From: Eledone cirrhosa
Taxonomy: Eukaryota
Length of the DNA: 64,000 bases
NCBI GenBank assembly: GCA_964016885.1
Contig: OZ024749.1
Location: forward strand, 35,960,001 to 36,024,000
Direction: 5' to 3'
Shown: piece after piece, positions 1 to 10,225 of the stretch
How the letters are laid out: each line of letters opens with the position of its first letter
Position numbering within the stretch: position 1 is the stretch's first letter
Position numbers and translations under genes: made by a program
The notes under the pieces: generated by a model
What the model saw: only the letters and a program-made list of their open reading frames with translations
The model's database searches: none
What the model was told of the DNA's origin: nothing

Positions 1-14
1 CTCTCTCTCTCTTA

Positions 15-50
<36 letters not shown>

Positions 51-320
51 ATCTCTCTCTCTTAATATATAGCTGTTGGATAGGTCCTCTTTTCCCTCTC
101 TCTCTCTCCTCTCTCTTACTCTCTCTCTCTTTCTCTCTCTCCCTCAATATATAACTGTTATCTTTCTCTCTCACTCTCCCTAATAGTATATATTTATTAG
201 GTGTGCCTCATCCTCCTCTCTCTCTCTCTTTCACTCTCCCTAATAATATATACCTGTTAGGTGTGCGTGCCCCTCTCTCTCCCTACACCCCCCCCCCTTT
301 TTTTTCTCTGTCTCACTCTA
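1..320. repeat. (CT)n-rich low-complexity tract
   Basis: Long CT dinucleotide runs with short unique spacers. Confidence 0.9.
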
Positions 321-391
321 TCCTTTAATGATCCTCTATAATTAGGCTGCTGTAGTAGTAGTGGTATGAGGGCCTAATCAATAATACGCCA

Positions 392-2262
392 CTGCTGCAC
401 CACCTCCACCAACACTGCCACCACTACCACCACCACACCTTACCTCCCCACACCACCACCACCACCGCCTTCACCACCACCTCCTCACTGCCACCACCAC
501 AACCACCTCCTCACACCACCACCACCACCACACCTTACCTCCTCACACCACCACCACCACACCTTACCTCCCCACATCACCACCACCACCTCCTCACACC
601 ACCACCACAACCACCTCCTCACACCGCCACCACAACCACCTCCTCACACCACCACCACCACCACACCTTACCTCCCCACATCACCACCACCACCTTCACC
701 ACCACCACCTCCTCACACCGCCACCACAACCACCTCCTCACACCGCCACCACACACTACCACCTCACACCACCACCACTACCACTAATGAGAAGGACCTC
801 ATGCTAATTAGATTATATTGTATACTATAATATAACAAATGTTTGGTAACCAATTAGACTGTGGTGGGGAAGGGTTAATAACCATGGGGGTGTTGGCAGT
901 GGTGGGGGTATGATGTTGATGGTAGAGTTTGGGGGAGGAGTGTGGTAGTGATGATGGTGGAGGAGTGAGGTGGTGGTGGTGTGTGGTACAGGTTGAGATG
1001 ATGGAGTGTGGTGGTGGTGGTGGTGGTGTGTGGTACAGGTTGAGACGATGGAGTGTGGTGGTGGTGGTGGTGGTGTGTGGTACAGGTTGAGACGATGGAG
1101 TGTGGTGGTTGTGGTGGTGTGAGGTAGTGGTTATGATGGTGAAGTGGGGTGACAGTGGTGGGGGTATGATGCTGATGGTGGAGTGTGGTGATGGTGGTGG
1201 TGGTGGTGGTGTGTGGTACAGGTTGAGATGATGGAGTGTGGTGGTGTGTGGTAGTGGTTATGATGGTGAAGTGGGGTGACAGTGGTGGAGTATGATGCTG
1301 ATGGTGGAGTGCGGTGATGGTGGTGGTGGTGTGTGGTACAGGTTGAGATGATGGAGTGCGGTGGTGGTGGTGTGTGATACAGGTTGAGATGAGGTGTGAT
1401 GATGGTGGTGGTGGTGGTGGTGGAGTGTGGTGTTGGTGGTTTAGGTGGGGTGTTGCTGTTAGACATTTCTTCACCTGCTGAACTTAACAGTGTCTTGGAA
1501 TGACTGCTGAACACTGAAGTACTTGATGAATTGGTGGTGGTGGTGGTGTGTAGTGGTGGAGGGGTTGTGAGGTTGATGATGGTGGTGAGGTTTTACTGTG
1601 GTAAGGAGGGTGGGTGATAGGTGTTGGGGGTAGAGGTGATGTTATGCTGTTGATGACAGTGGTAGTGAGGAGTGATGGGATGGTGGTGGTGGTGAGGACT
1701 GATGGGGTGGTGGTGGTGGTGGTGGTGATGTTAGTGAGGAGTGATGGAAGGAAGATGGTGGCAGTGGTGAAGAGTGATGGAATGGTGATGGTGGTGAGGA
1801 CTGATTGGATGGTGGTAGTGGTGGTGAGGGAGTGATGGTGTTGATGGGGTGGTGGTGTTTGTGTGGAGTGATGGGATGATGGTGGTGGTGGTAGAGAGTG
1901 ATAGGATGGTGGTGAAGGTCTTAATGTGTGTGTGTTTATGTTATAGAATGTATGACAGAGTATTCCATGCTGTAATTACTTTGTTAGTTTACTTCTATCA
2001 CACCTGCTCCATTGATTAATAACTACCACCACTACTACTACTAGTACCACCACCACTACTACTGCTACTACTACCATCACCACTACTATCATCACCACTA
2101 CTACCATCGCCACTACTACTACTACCACCACCACCACCACCACCACCACAACTACCACTACTAGTACCACCACTATTACTACTACTACCACCACGACCAC
2201 AACTACCACTACTAGTATCACGACAACCACTACCACTACTACTACCATCACCACTGCTACTA
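392..2262. repeat. Compound (CAC)n / (GTG)n / (ACT)n trinucleotide micro- and minisatellite
   Basis: CAC-rich 392-785, GGT-rich ~900-1915 with a recurring GTGTGTGGTACAGGTTGAGA unit, ACT/ACC-rich ~2020-2262. Confidence 0.9.
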
Positions 2263-3170
2263 CTACAGTTATTATGTAATAGGAAATATATATACATACA
2301 TACTGAGTCTGTTTACTGGTGAAGCTTAAAATAAATACCAGACATTTTTTTTTTTTCTCTTGAAAATAAGTACTATGGTCGATATGACCAACTCCATCCC
2401 TTCAAGATGGTGTCCCAGTATAGCCACAGTCTCATGACTGAATACAGTGAAAGGGTACTAAGGTCAATATGATCAACTAAATGTCTTGAAGGTGGTGTCC
2501 CAGCATGGCTGCAGTCTGATGGCTGAAAGCAGTAAAAGAGTAAAAGAATATATTGTCTAATTTCTGTGAAATCTAGTTGATAGTTTTATTTCAAGTTAGG
2601 TGCAGAGGTGAGTTGATGTATGGTGAGGTAAGGGTTAAAATATACTGTCCAATATAAGAGATAAGAAAATTGGTTACAAATTGAGAAATGATGTAGCCAA
2701 ATAAACTACTGGAGACAGAAAGAGAGAGAGAGAGACAGAGAGAGAGAGAAATATTGGTCAATATCACCTATTGATAAAACAGTAAATTCTTCAGTAAGCA
2801 CCAATTTTACAATAGTGGAACTTACTTGACGAAATGCCAACACAATGTAAAAATCTAATCAGAATTTTTCTAAATTCTTTAAAAAAAAAATCCAACAAAA
2901 ACATTATGATGACTACTTTCACCCCCACCTTCACCTACTCCTTATTCTTAATTTCTCCTTTTCCTTTTTCCTCTTTCCTCTCTTCACACTCTTACATTAT
3001 CTAAAATACTTTGAGATGAAGATTTATTACAGAAGTGAGTCGACAATAAATTTTGGCAAATAGATACTGAATGAAATAGTGCTTGATGTATGTAGATAGA
3101 TTATATGAGTGTGTGTGTGCATATATATATATATATATATACATGTGTGTGTGTGTATACATATATATAT

Positions 3171-3350
3171 AATATAGAAATGGCTTCTACAAGACTAGAA
3201 CTGTTTCATTCAAAAGAAATCATCATTTCTTTTGAATGAAACAGTTCTAGTCCTGTAGAAGCCATTTCTATATTAAACATGATGTTTACACTCTACTAAT
3301 GTATTGAGTACCTTACTTACTGTGATTTCCTATGATTGAACCAGGACTCA
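3171..3350 (+). mobile_element. Fold-back element with a 3' half-hammerhead, in (TA)n
   Basis: 50-bp inverted arms 3171-3220/3225-3274 with a CATC loop; GAAA-CAGTTCTAGTCCTG-TA on the right arm; shared tail CTCTACTAATGTATTGAGTAC; TA runs on both sides. Confidence 0.6.
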
Positions 3351-3369
3351 TATATATATATATATATAT

Positions 3370-3862
3370 CTTTTTTCACGCTCAGAGTTGCTGAAGCATG
3401 GAACAAACTACCTGCATCAGTTGTTAGCTGTCGAGACACTGCATCCTTTAAGGCCTCCATGCTTCCCGAGATCTGCCAACACTACACCTAATGTTCCCCC
3501 TCCATACTCATACACACATGTATACCATGACTCATACACTATTCACTTCCCTGACATTTGTGTATTATTCTATGTACTAGGGCGGTGAATTGGCAGTATC
3601 GGTAGAGGGTCGGACGCCATGCTTTCTAGCATAGTTACGTCCCTTTACATTCTGAGTTCAAATCCCGCCGAGGTTAACTTTGCCTTTCATCCTTACGGGG
3701 GTCGATAAAATAAAGTACCAATAATGTACTGGGTAATTGCTGGCCTTGTGCCTAAAGTAGAAACAATTATACATTTGTACATTATTCTATGTACTATACA
3801 TGCACCTTTGACGAGTTGTAGTGCACCTGAGCACTTTACACAATAATTTCATTATTATTATT
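3370..3862 (+). mobile_element. CR1-like LINE 3' fragment interrupted by a SINE
   Basis: Closely similar to 21190-21470 (FF.LRVAEAWNKLP and 3' UTR); (ATT)n tail. Confidence 0.85.
3580..3770 (+). mobile_element. SINE family B with ~26-bp target-site duplication
   Basis: B-box GAGTTCAAATCC and core GCCTTTCATCCTTACGGGGGTCGATAAAATAAAGTACC; flanking direct repeats 3554-3579 and 3771-3796. Confidence 0.85.
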
Positions 3863-3908
3863 ATATATATATATACACACACACATAGACTGAGCCAACA
3901 GTTCATTA

Positions 3909-3971
3909 TTTCTCAGAAGAGGCTTACCAAACACTTGCTTTGCTGAAACATTGTAGCTATGTTGTAAGAAA
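3909..3971 (+). ncRNA. Degenerate hammerhead ribozyme motif
   Basis: TTTCT-CAGAAGA-[GGC..GCT]-GAAA-..TGT-A-AGAAA; core U4 is mutated; AATAAA follows. Confidence 0.4.
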
Positions 3972-4075
3972 CTGAATAAATCAACATATATATATTTACT
4001 TTGTTATATATGTTGAGTTCTTCCTTCTTTTTAGACTAACAACAAGATCACTAGATCAGAACTATATATAAATAT

Positions 4076-4417
4076 GGAGGCACATGGCTTAGTGGTTAGA
4101 GCATTGGCCTTGCAATCAAAAGGTTGTGAGTTCAATTCTCAGACCGGGTGATGTGTTGTTTCCTTGAACAAGACACTTTATTTCACATTGCTCCAGTTTA
4201 CTCAGCTGTAGAAATGAGATGATAGGGACTGGGGTCCCTATCATTCCACTGCAAAGTGGTCGTGGAGGTGCCACGGCAAAAAAGCACCCAGCACTCACTG
4301 TAAATGAGGTTGGTGTTAGGAAGGGCATCCAGCTGTAGAAATCAAGCCAGAATCAGTTCCCGTCCCACCCTTGCAAGCAGGGAAAAAGCGGACGTAAAAA
4401 TGAAATGAAAATGAAAA
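4076..4417 (+). mobile_element. SINE family A (tRNA-derived head, RTE-like tail)
   Basis: A-box TGGCTTAGTGG, B-box GAGTTCAATTC; body and tail shared with the RTE 3' UTR; many copies in the window. Confidence 0.9.
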
Positions 4418-4690
4418 AGGATATGTGTGTGTGTGAATCTTTAGCTTGGATGAACATAAGAATGATTAGTCAATACAACTGAAGAGATTAATAGTAGCCT
4501 GTTACTCTGGAATTTCTTCTATGATTTAATTGGTCATCAGGCAGGGTTAAATACTGTTTGAAGACATTGTAACACATGATAAACTCCAGAGTAGCAGGAT
4601 TCTGACTCAACATTAATAAGCCATATATATATGTGTGTATGTGTATTTAAGCATATATATACATATATATATACACACACATATATATAT

Positions 4691-4892
4691 ATAGGAACGA
4701 GTAGGACCCCGACGTCTGAGCTCAAGCCGTTTCGACGGCTAATTCTGGACTAAAATGTCCAGAATTAGCCGTCGAAATGGCTTGAGCTCAGCCGTCGGGG
4801 TCCTACTCGTTCCTATTACCCACTCTACTACCCTAAGTATTGAGTACTTTGGTACGTTATGGTCCACTTGGTTCCTTACCACATTTCCTTCG

Positions 4893-4893
<1 letters not shown>
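4691..4893 (+). mobile_element. Fold-back element with a 3' half-hammerhead, in (TA)n
   Basis: 60-bp inverted arms 4691-4750/4757-4816; CGAAA, quasi-palindromic stem III, then GTC-GGGG; tail ACTCTACTACCCTAAGTATTGAGTAC; TA runs on both sides. Confidence 0.65.
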
Positions 4894-4938
<45 letters not shown>

Positions 4939-5023
4939 TTCCTTGGTGTTGGTTAATCCCAGTAACAAAGTAATCAATAAAATAATCTAACATTGAAATA
5001 CACTGATCTCATTATTATTATAT

Positions 5024-6087
5024 CATCATCATCATCATCATCATCATCACCGTTTTACGTCCGTTCTTCCACGCTAGCATGGGTTAGACGGGTTGTCCTG
5101 TTGTGGGCAGTGTCTGGTCAGCTGACCATGCCTTGCTCATACAGGAACTGATCTGGCTTGATTTCTACAGCTGGATGCCCTTCCTAACACCAACCTCATT
5201 TACAGTGAGTGCTGGGTGCTTTTTCGTGGCGCCTACACGTCCACTTTACAGTGTGGGCTGGGTGCTTTTTTGCCGTGGCACCTCCACGACCACCTTGTGG
5301 TGGGGGGGGGGGGGGCATATTGTTTATATGCTTCAGCATGTACCCATGGGAGGTCGGGTACCCTGTATTACTGCGTGACGCCAGAAGTCACGGTCGTGTG
5401 TCATTGACTTTGAGAGGTGTAGTTGGGTAAGGTCGGCTTTTATCACCTCATCCCAAGTCATCTTGGGTCTCCCCACTCCGCGGTTTCCATCAACTTCTAG
5501 TGCTCTGCACCTTTTTATGCAGCTGTCATCCTTCATACGCATCACATGTCCATACCAGCGTAACCGCCTCTCCTGCACGCAGCATTTGATTCCTCTTATG
5601 CTCAGTCTCTCTCTCAATTCCTTTATGCTTTGTCGTTCACGTATATTACTGTTACACATCCATCGGAGCATGCAGGCTTCGTTTCTCTCTAATCTACGTA
5701 AGTCTTCCACCTTCAGCGCCCAGGTCTCACTACCATGCAACATCGCTGTTCGGATACACGCATCATACAGTCTGCCTTTCATTCTGAGGGAGAAGCCTTT
5801 TGCAGCTAGCAGTGGTAGTAGTTCCCTAAACTTCTTCCATCCCGTTCTTACCCTAGTTATTGTACTTTCTGAGCACCCACCTCCGTTGCTAATTCGGTCA
5901 CCTAGGTAGCAGAAGCTGTCTACTGTTTCTACAGGGCCCTCCCAGAGATTGGTGGTACTTGTTTCCTGTGGCTGTTTGCTTGCTGTTTCAGCACAGCTGC
6001 TGCATGTGAATCCTACATTCTTAATTAAGCTTCCTGAGATCCCGCTATATCTCTTGTGTACCCATTGTTTGCATTTGGGGCAGAGAA
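5024..6087 (-). mobile_element. RTE-clade LINE, 5'-truncated (RT C-terminus plus 3' UTR)
   Basis: PHD-like C/H motif, SFCYLGD, MLHGSETWAL, RRLRWYGHVMRM, GRPKMTW; (GAT)n tail. Confidence 0.9.
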
Positions 6088-6118
6088 TGTATGTGTGTGT
6101 GTGTGTGTGTAAATATAT

Positions 6119-6453
6119 GGAAGCACATGGCTTAGTGGTTAGAGCATTGCATTGGCCTTGCAATCGAAAGGTTGTGAGTTCAATTCTCAGACCGGATGAT
6201 GTGTTGTTTCCTTGAGCAAGACACTTTATTTCACATTGCTCCAGTTTGCTCAGCTGTAGAAATGAGATGATAGGGACTGGGGTTCCTATCATTCCTCTGC
6301 AAAGTGGTCGTGGAGGTGCCACGGCAAAAAAGCACCCACCACTCACTGTAAATGAGGAAGGGCATCCAGCTGTAGAAATCAAGCGAGAATCAGTTCCCGT
6401 CCCACCCTTGCAAGCAGGGAAAAGTGGACGTAAAATGAAATGAATGAATGAAA
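6119..6453 (+). mobile_element. SINE family A
   Basis: Same A/B boxes and tail as 4076-4417. Confidence 0.9.
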
Positions 6454-6490
6454 ATATATATATCATCATTTCATCATTTCATATATATAT

Positions 6491-6645
6491 ATATTCATTT
6501 TATTAAGGCTAAATCCTGAGTCTTTTTATATAAGCAGGTGAAAATCCAGAGTAATAAAACTCACTATTTAGCCTTAATAAAATGAATATTTAAACTCTAC
6601 TTCAGTATTGAGTACTCTTTTCTCTCAGCCATTAACTACATATTG
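6491..6645 (+). mobile_element. Short inverted-repeat element with a hammerhead remnant
   Basis: 24-bp arms 6491-6514/6566-6589; GAAA-ATCCAGAGT-A-ATAAAA without a CUGAUGA box; tail ACTCTACTTCAGTATTGAGTAC. Confidence 0.45.
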
Positions 6646-6677
6646 ATATATATACACTATATGTATATATATATATA

Positions 6678-7122
6678 GAATAGAATGAAACAAAATTTAA
6701 TTTCTCACTCTTAGTACGGCACTTACGTACATACATATATGTATACAGTAGTATGTATATATATACATACATGCACACATATATATATGCACATATCGGT
6801 TTACCGAACATCTATTATAATGCTCGGTTTGTTTGTAAACAAACAGCCCAAATTACGCCGTACAGTGTTTAGGCAACCACGTCACCTTTTTGTTCAACAC
6901 TGACACAGGAACGATGTACTAGTTTCAAGCTTACTAGCTATCGTCAGCATCGTATACCTTCCTGCCAGATGGTTGAACGTCTGAAAGTATATACTTTCCT
7001 TATGCATATTAACGGCTGAGCAGCCTAATTTGCATATCGAGTGAGTTTAGTAGGCTGAGCGCACCGAAAACGATAAATGGAATAGAATGAAACGAAATTC
7101 ATTTCTCACTCTTAGTACGGCA
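6678..7122 (-). mobile_element. ~400-bp HHR-bearing element with a terminal direct repeat (retrozyme/pLTR-like)
   Basis: GAATAGAATGAAAC..TTTCTCACTCTTAGTACGGCA at ~6678 and ~7080; HHR inside; TA-rich flanks. Confidence 0.6.
6907..6959 (-). ncRNA. Type I hammerhead ribozyme (canonical core)
   Basis: Minus strand reads ACGATG-CTGACGA-TAGCTAGTAAGCTT-GAAA-CTAGT-A-CATCGT; 6-bp stem I, palindromic ACTAGT stem III, GUA site. Confidence 0.88.
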
Positions 7123-7487
7123 GTTACTTAAATGTAAGTATGTATGTATGTACACGTACATACATATATATACATATATATACATATATATATATATATA
7201 GTGCTTGTGAAGGTTACCAGCTGAAACTGACCAAGCTCACGGTCACACCTCTACCTCATTGATATACCCACACACTCTGCATCTTATCATGTATCAAGTA
7301 CCACTCTAATTTGTGATCTTCTTGGACTCTGTACTGTAGACACTATATATATATATATAAAAGTTCTATTTAAATTGTTGGGATACAAAAAGCAAATATT
7401 TTTATAACTGATATAAAGCACTCAACAAATATTTGGAGTAAAAATACGATATTAACAAATGGAAACTATATTTATAAAACCATATTT

Positions 7488-7550
7488 ATTTCATTATACA
7501 TATTTCAAGGACACCAAGCTAAATTATGGTGTGCTTTCATCAGATAAAAT
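7488..7550 (-). ncRNA. Type I hammerhead ribozyme (mirror copy)
   Basis: Reverse complement of 7680-7742 with an intact core. Confidence 0.8.
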
Positions 7551-7679
7551 ATAATATAGAGCAGTTTTATAAATAAATATTGACACACCCTTAAAGAATG
7601 CAACCGGGAGCTTCCAACAGTAATGGTTGCATTCTTTAAGGGTATGTCAATATTTATTTATAAAACTGCTCTATATTAT

Positions 7680-7742
7680 ATTTTATCTGATGAAAGCACA
7701 CCATAATTTAACTTGGTGTCCTTGAAATATGTATAATGAAAT
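7680..7742 (+). ncRNA. Type I hammerhead ribozyme (canonical core)
   Basis: ATTTTAT-CTGATGA-AAGCACACCA..TGGTGTCCTT-GAAA-TATGTAT-A-ATGAAAT; AATAAA overlaps the 3' end. Confidence 0.85.
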
Positions 7743-8478
7743 AAATATGGTTTTATAAATATAGTTTCCATTTGTTAATATCGTATATATATATATATAT
7801 ATACATACAGACACACACACATAATGGGTGATGTTCCAATAGTTTTGAGCCAATATAAAAATATTATTTCACTGCTGTTATGGCTTTAAAATATGTTGGT
7901 TTCAAGACTTTGAAACTTCCTCTGTCTGTGCATGTATGTGTGTGTTTTTACATACATACATACATATGCATCATATACATACCTACACCACACACACACA
8001 TATGTATAGCCCCACTATACTTCAGGTGCAGCTTGTATTACATTGGATTTATATCAAACAAACTATTTTCAGGTGACATTAATTGGGTTCCCAGCTGGAA
8101 TTTCCACTTTGGTCTGGTACTTGGGGCTCCCTCAGCCTATCTCCCCTACCTGTATGCCATCCCCCTACCTGTATGCCCTCCCCCTACCTGTCTGCATTCC
8201 CCCTACCTGTCTTCTCTAGGCTTTGCTAGATCTGTAATGCCAATGCCATATGTTTTGTTCCACTGCATAGAAAATTGAATTATTATTGTTGTTGTTGTTG
8301 TTGTTGTTGAGTACCAGGCCACATCACCCTCCTGAAACCACCCCTGGTTCTATGTTAAAAAAACTGTTTATGTTAAAGCTTTGATATTTATCTAAAAACA
8401 TTCCATTCTAATTGTAGGTAAGAACCTTTGTTAAGTTGTGCCCTAAACACCAACTTAATAATGAGAAAATTAGTTATA

Positions 8479-8807
8479 CAGTGGAATCTCAGTTCACGAT
8501 CTTAATTCCTTCTTGAAGGCCATTCAACACTCGAAATGTTCGTAAACTGAAACTATTTTTCCCATATGAAATGTTGAGGGAGAAATACAGTGATAGAGGG
8601 ACTGTGTGTGAAAGACAGATAGATATCGCCATAGTAACTAACTGCACAGCAAGTGATGCTTCCCTTCTGACACTCTAAGCTTGTTGTCAGCTAGTGTGTC
8701 CCTTACTCGAGACCCTTTTTGTGAACCAAGACATTTTATGTTTGAAAAGATTGTTCATGAACCAATTTGTTTGTGATGAAAGATGTTTGTGAACCGAGGT
8801 TCCACTG
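8479..8807. mobile_element. Tigger/pogo-like MITE
   Basis: TIRs CAGTGGAATCTCAGTTCAC ... GTGAACCGAGGTTCCACTG; TA on the left flank. Confidence 0.7.
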
Positions 8808-9000
8808 TGTTACTCTAAAGTCTGTCTCAAGCCATAGAGGCTCATTAGGCTGGTGCTTATTCCGGTTTCCTTGACATTAAGTGACTGAGACTATAAGACT
8901 TCCCTTCTGCTGGTACTCACATACACATACATGTATACATGCATACACACACAATGTATACTTTCTTTAAGTAACCCAACTTGTTTTCTCTCTTCTCCAG

Positions 9001-9523
9001 TTGGCCGCTGACCCAAGGTTCCAGTATTTGTGCCACATCCACTATTGTTTCCAGTTTATTAACCAACAATCACTTCCGAAGATACTTCAACCTCATGCAT
9101 TATGGTCGTGCTAGTGGCTATTTGATGGCCGTAGGTATGCCATGTGTTTTGACCATGATCACACACACCACTTTGGTCACAGCGAATTGTCTAGTTGGAG
9201 ACTTTGCCTGTCCATCCTGTCTAATGACCAAAAGTGGATTACTTCAGATGTTCTTTGGTGGACTTTATCCTGCAATCCTTTGTCCAATTTTCAGTTTGAT
9301 CCAAGCGAGAAAGTTTTTAACCAAACCTATAGAACCAAGCTATAAATTTCAAGATTCCATGCGAATTGTTGCCAGGACTGCTATGCCATTTAAAGGAGTT
9401 CTCTGTATGTCTTTAATAGCAAACATGTTTGTAGGAATGTACGTGTCCAAGATGGAAATGGACACATTTCTCAATGTAATAATGAAAGAAAAACATACAG
9501 AAGATAGTGAGCTTCTACATTAA
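9001..9523 (+). CDS. TMEM126: Terminal coding exon of a TMEM126-family mitochondrial inner-membrane protein (complex I assembly factor family)
   Basis: Pyrimidine tract and AG acceptor at 8999-9000; open frame with N.HFRR.FN, GDFACPSC.MTKSGL and GGLYP motifs matching TMEM126A/B as I recall them; TAA at 9521-9523; upstream exon not identified. Confidence 0.85.
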
Positions 9524-9745
9524 CTCTTAACATCCTCTATGTACTGCATGAGACAACATAAGCAAAATATTCTTACAAAGTACAACACATCACTATGACT
9601 GCATCACATTAAATATCAAAGTCTTTATCATAGTTTACTCCTGATTTTCACAAAAGTCTGTCCACCAGTAAAATACTATAAACATTTTAATTAACAAACA
9701 TATTTTTAGATATTTTCTCTGCAGTCATTACAGGATGTTAAGATG
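9524..9745. mobile_element. Old piggyBac-like MITE at the start of the TMEM126 3' UTR
   Basis: TTAA then TCTTAACATCCT ... AGGATGTTAAGA inverted ends; similar ends at 44576-44777. Confidence 0.55.
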
Positions 9746-9853
9746 TTGACTTGAATATTGGTAAATAGAATTAAAAGACATTGGTTGTTTCTGCATTGAA
9801 CTGGAATTAAAGCCATTTTAACAAAATTTCTATGTATAAAATATAAATTTCAA

Positions 9854-9859
9854 AATAAA
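9854..9859 (+). promoter_or_regulatory. Candidate polyadenylation signal for TMEM126
   Basis: AATAAA ~330 nt after the stop, with a GT-rich tract downstream. Confidence 0.4.
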
Positions 9860-10225
9860 ATATTAGAAAAAAAAACAACAAATGTTCACTTTAAGATTTG
9901 ATGATGTCACTGATCTATTGAATTGGTTTGTAGGTGGCAGCAGTAGTATTGTTGTTTGTTGTCTTACAGTAGTATATCAATTGTATCAAACTATTTACTG
10001 TGTCTATTTTTACTATATGTTAACCCATTAGCATTTAAACTGGCCATATCTGGCCAGAATTGTCTCACCTCTTTCTGCTCTGACTGGCTGTAATCGGCTG
10101 CTCAAACTGATGTTAAGGTATTGTTCTCGAAATAAATAATATCAAAATCTCATAGATTCAATATTATGTGAGATAATTACTTTAATAATGGTATAAATGT
10201 TTCTCAAATCTGTTAGACTTTGTCT

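Larger units (their letters stand above)
7360..7785. mobile_element. Inverted-repeat HHR element (Penelope pLTR-like), in (TA)n
   Basis: 161-bp arms 7445-7605/7625-7785, each with a full HHR; homologous to 55951-56283. Confidence 0.8.

Noticed and set aside
4076-4150. tRNA-Cys gene
   Set aside because: No acceptor stem; this is the SINE head and recurs with the same body in many copies
5333-6469. 378-aa ORF as a single gene
   Set aside because: Chance read-through of antisense SINE, (CA)n and the RTE fragment; only the RTE part is genuinely coding-derived
7028-7035. Octamer ATTTGCAT
   Set aside because: A single 8-mer is expected by chance, and there is no snRNA promoter context
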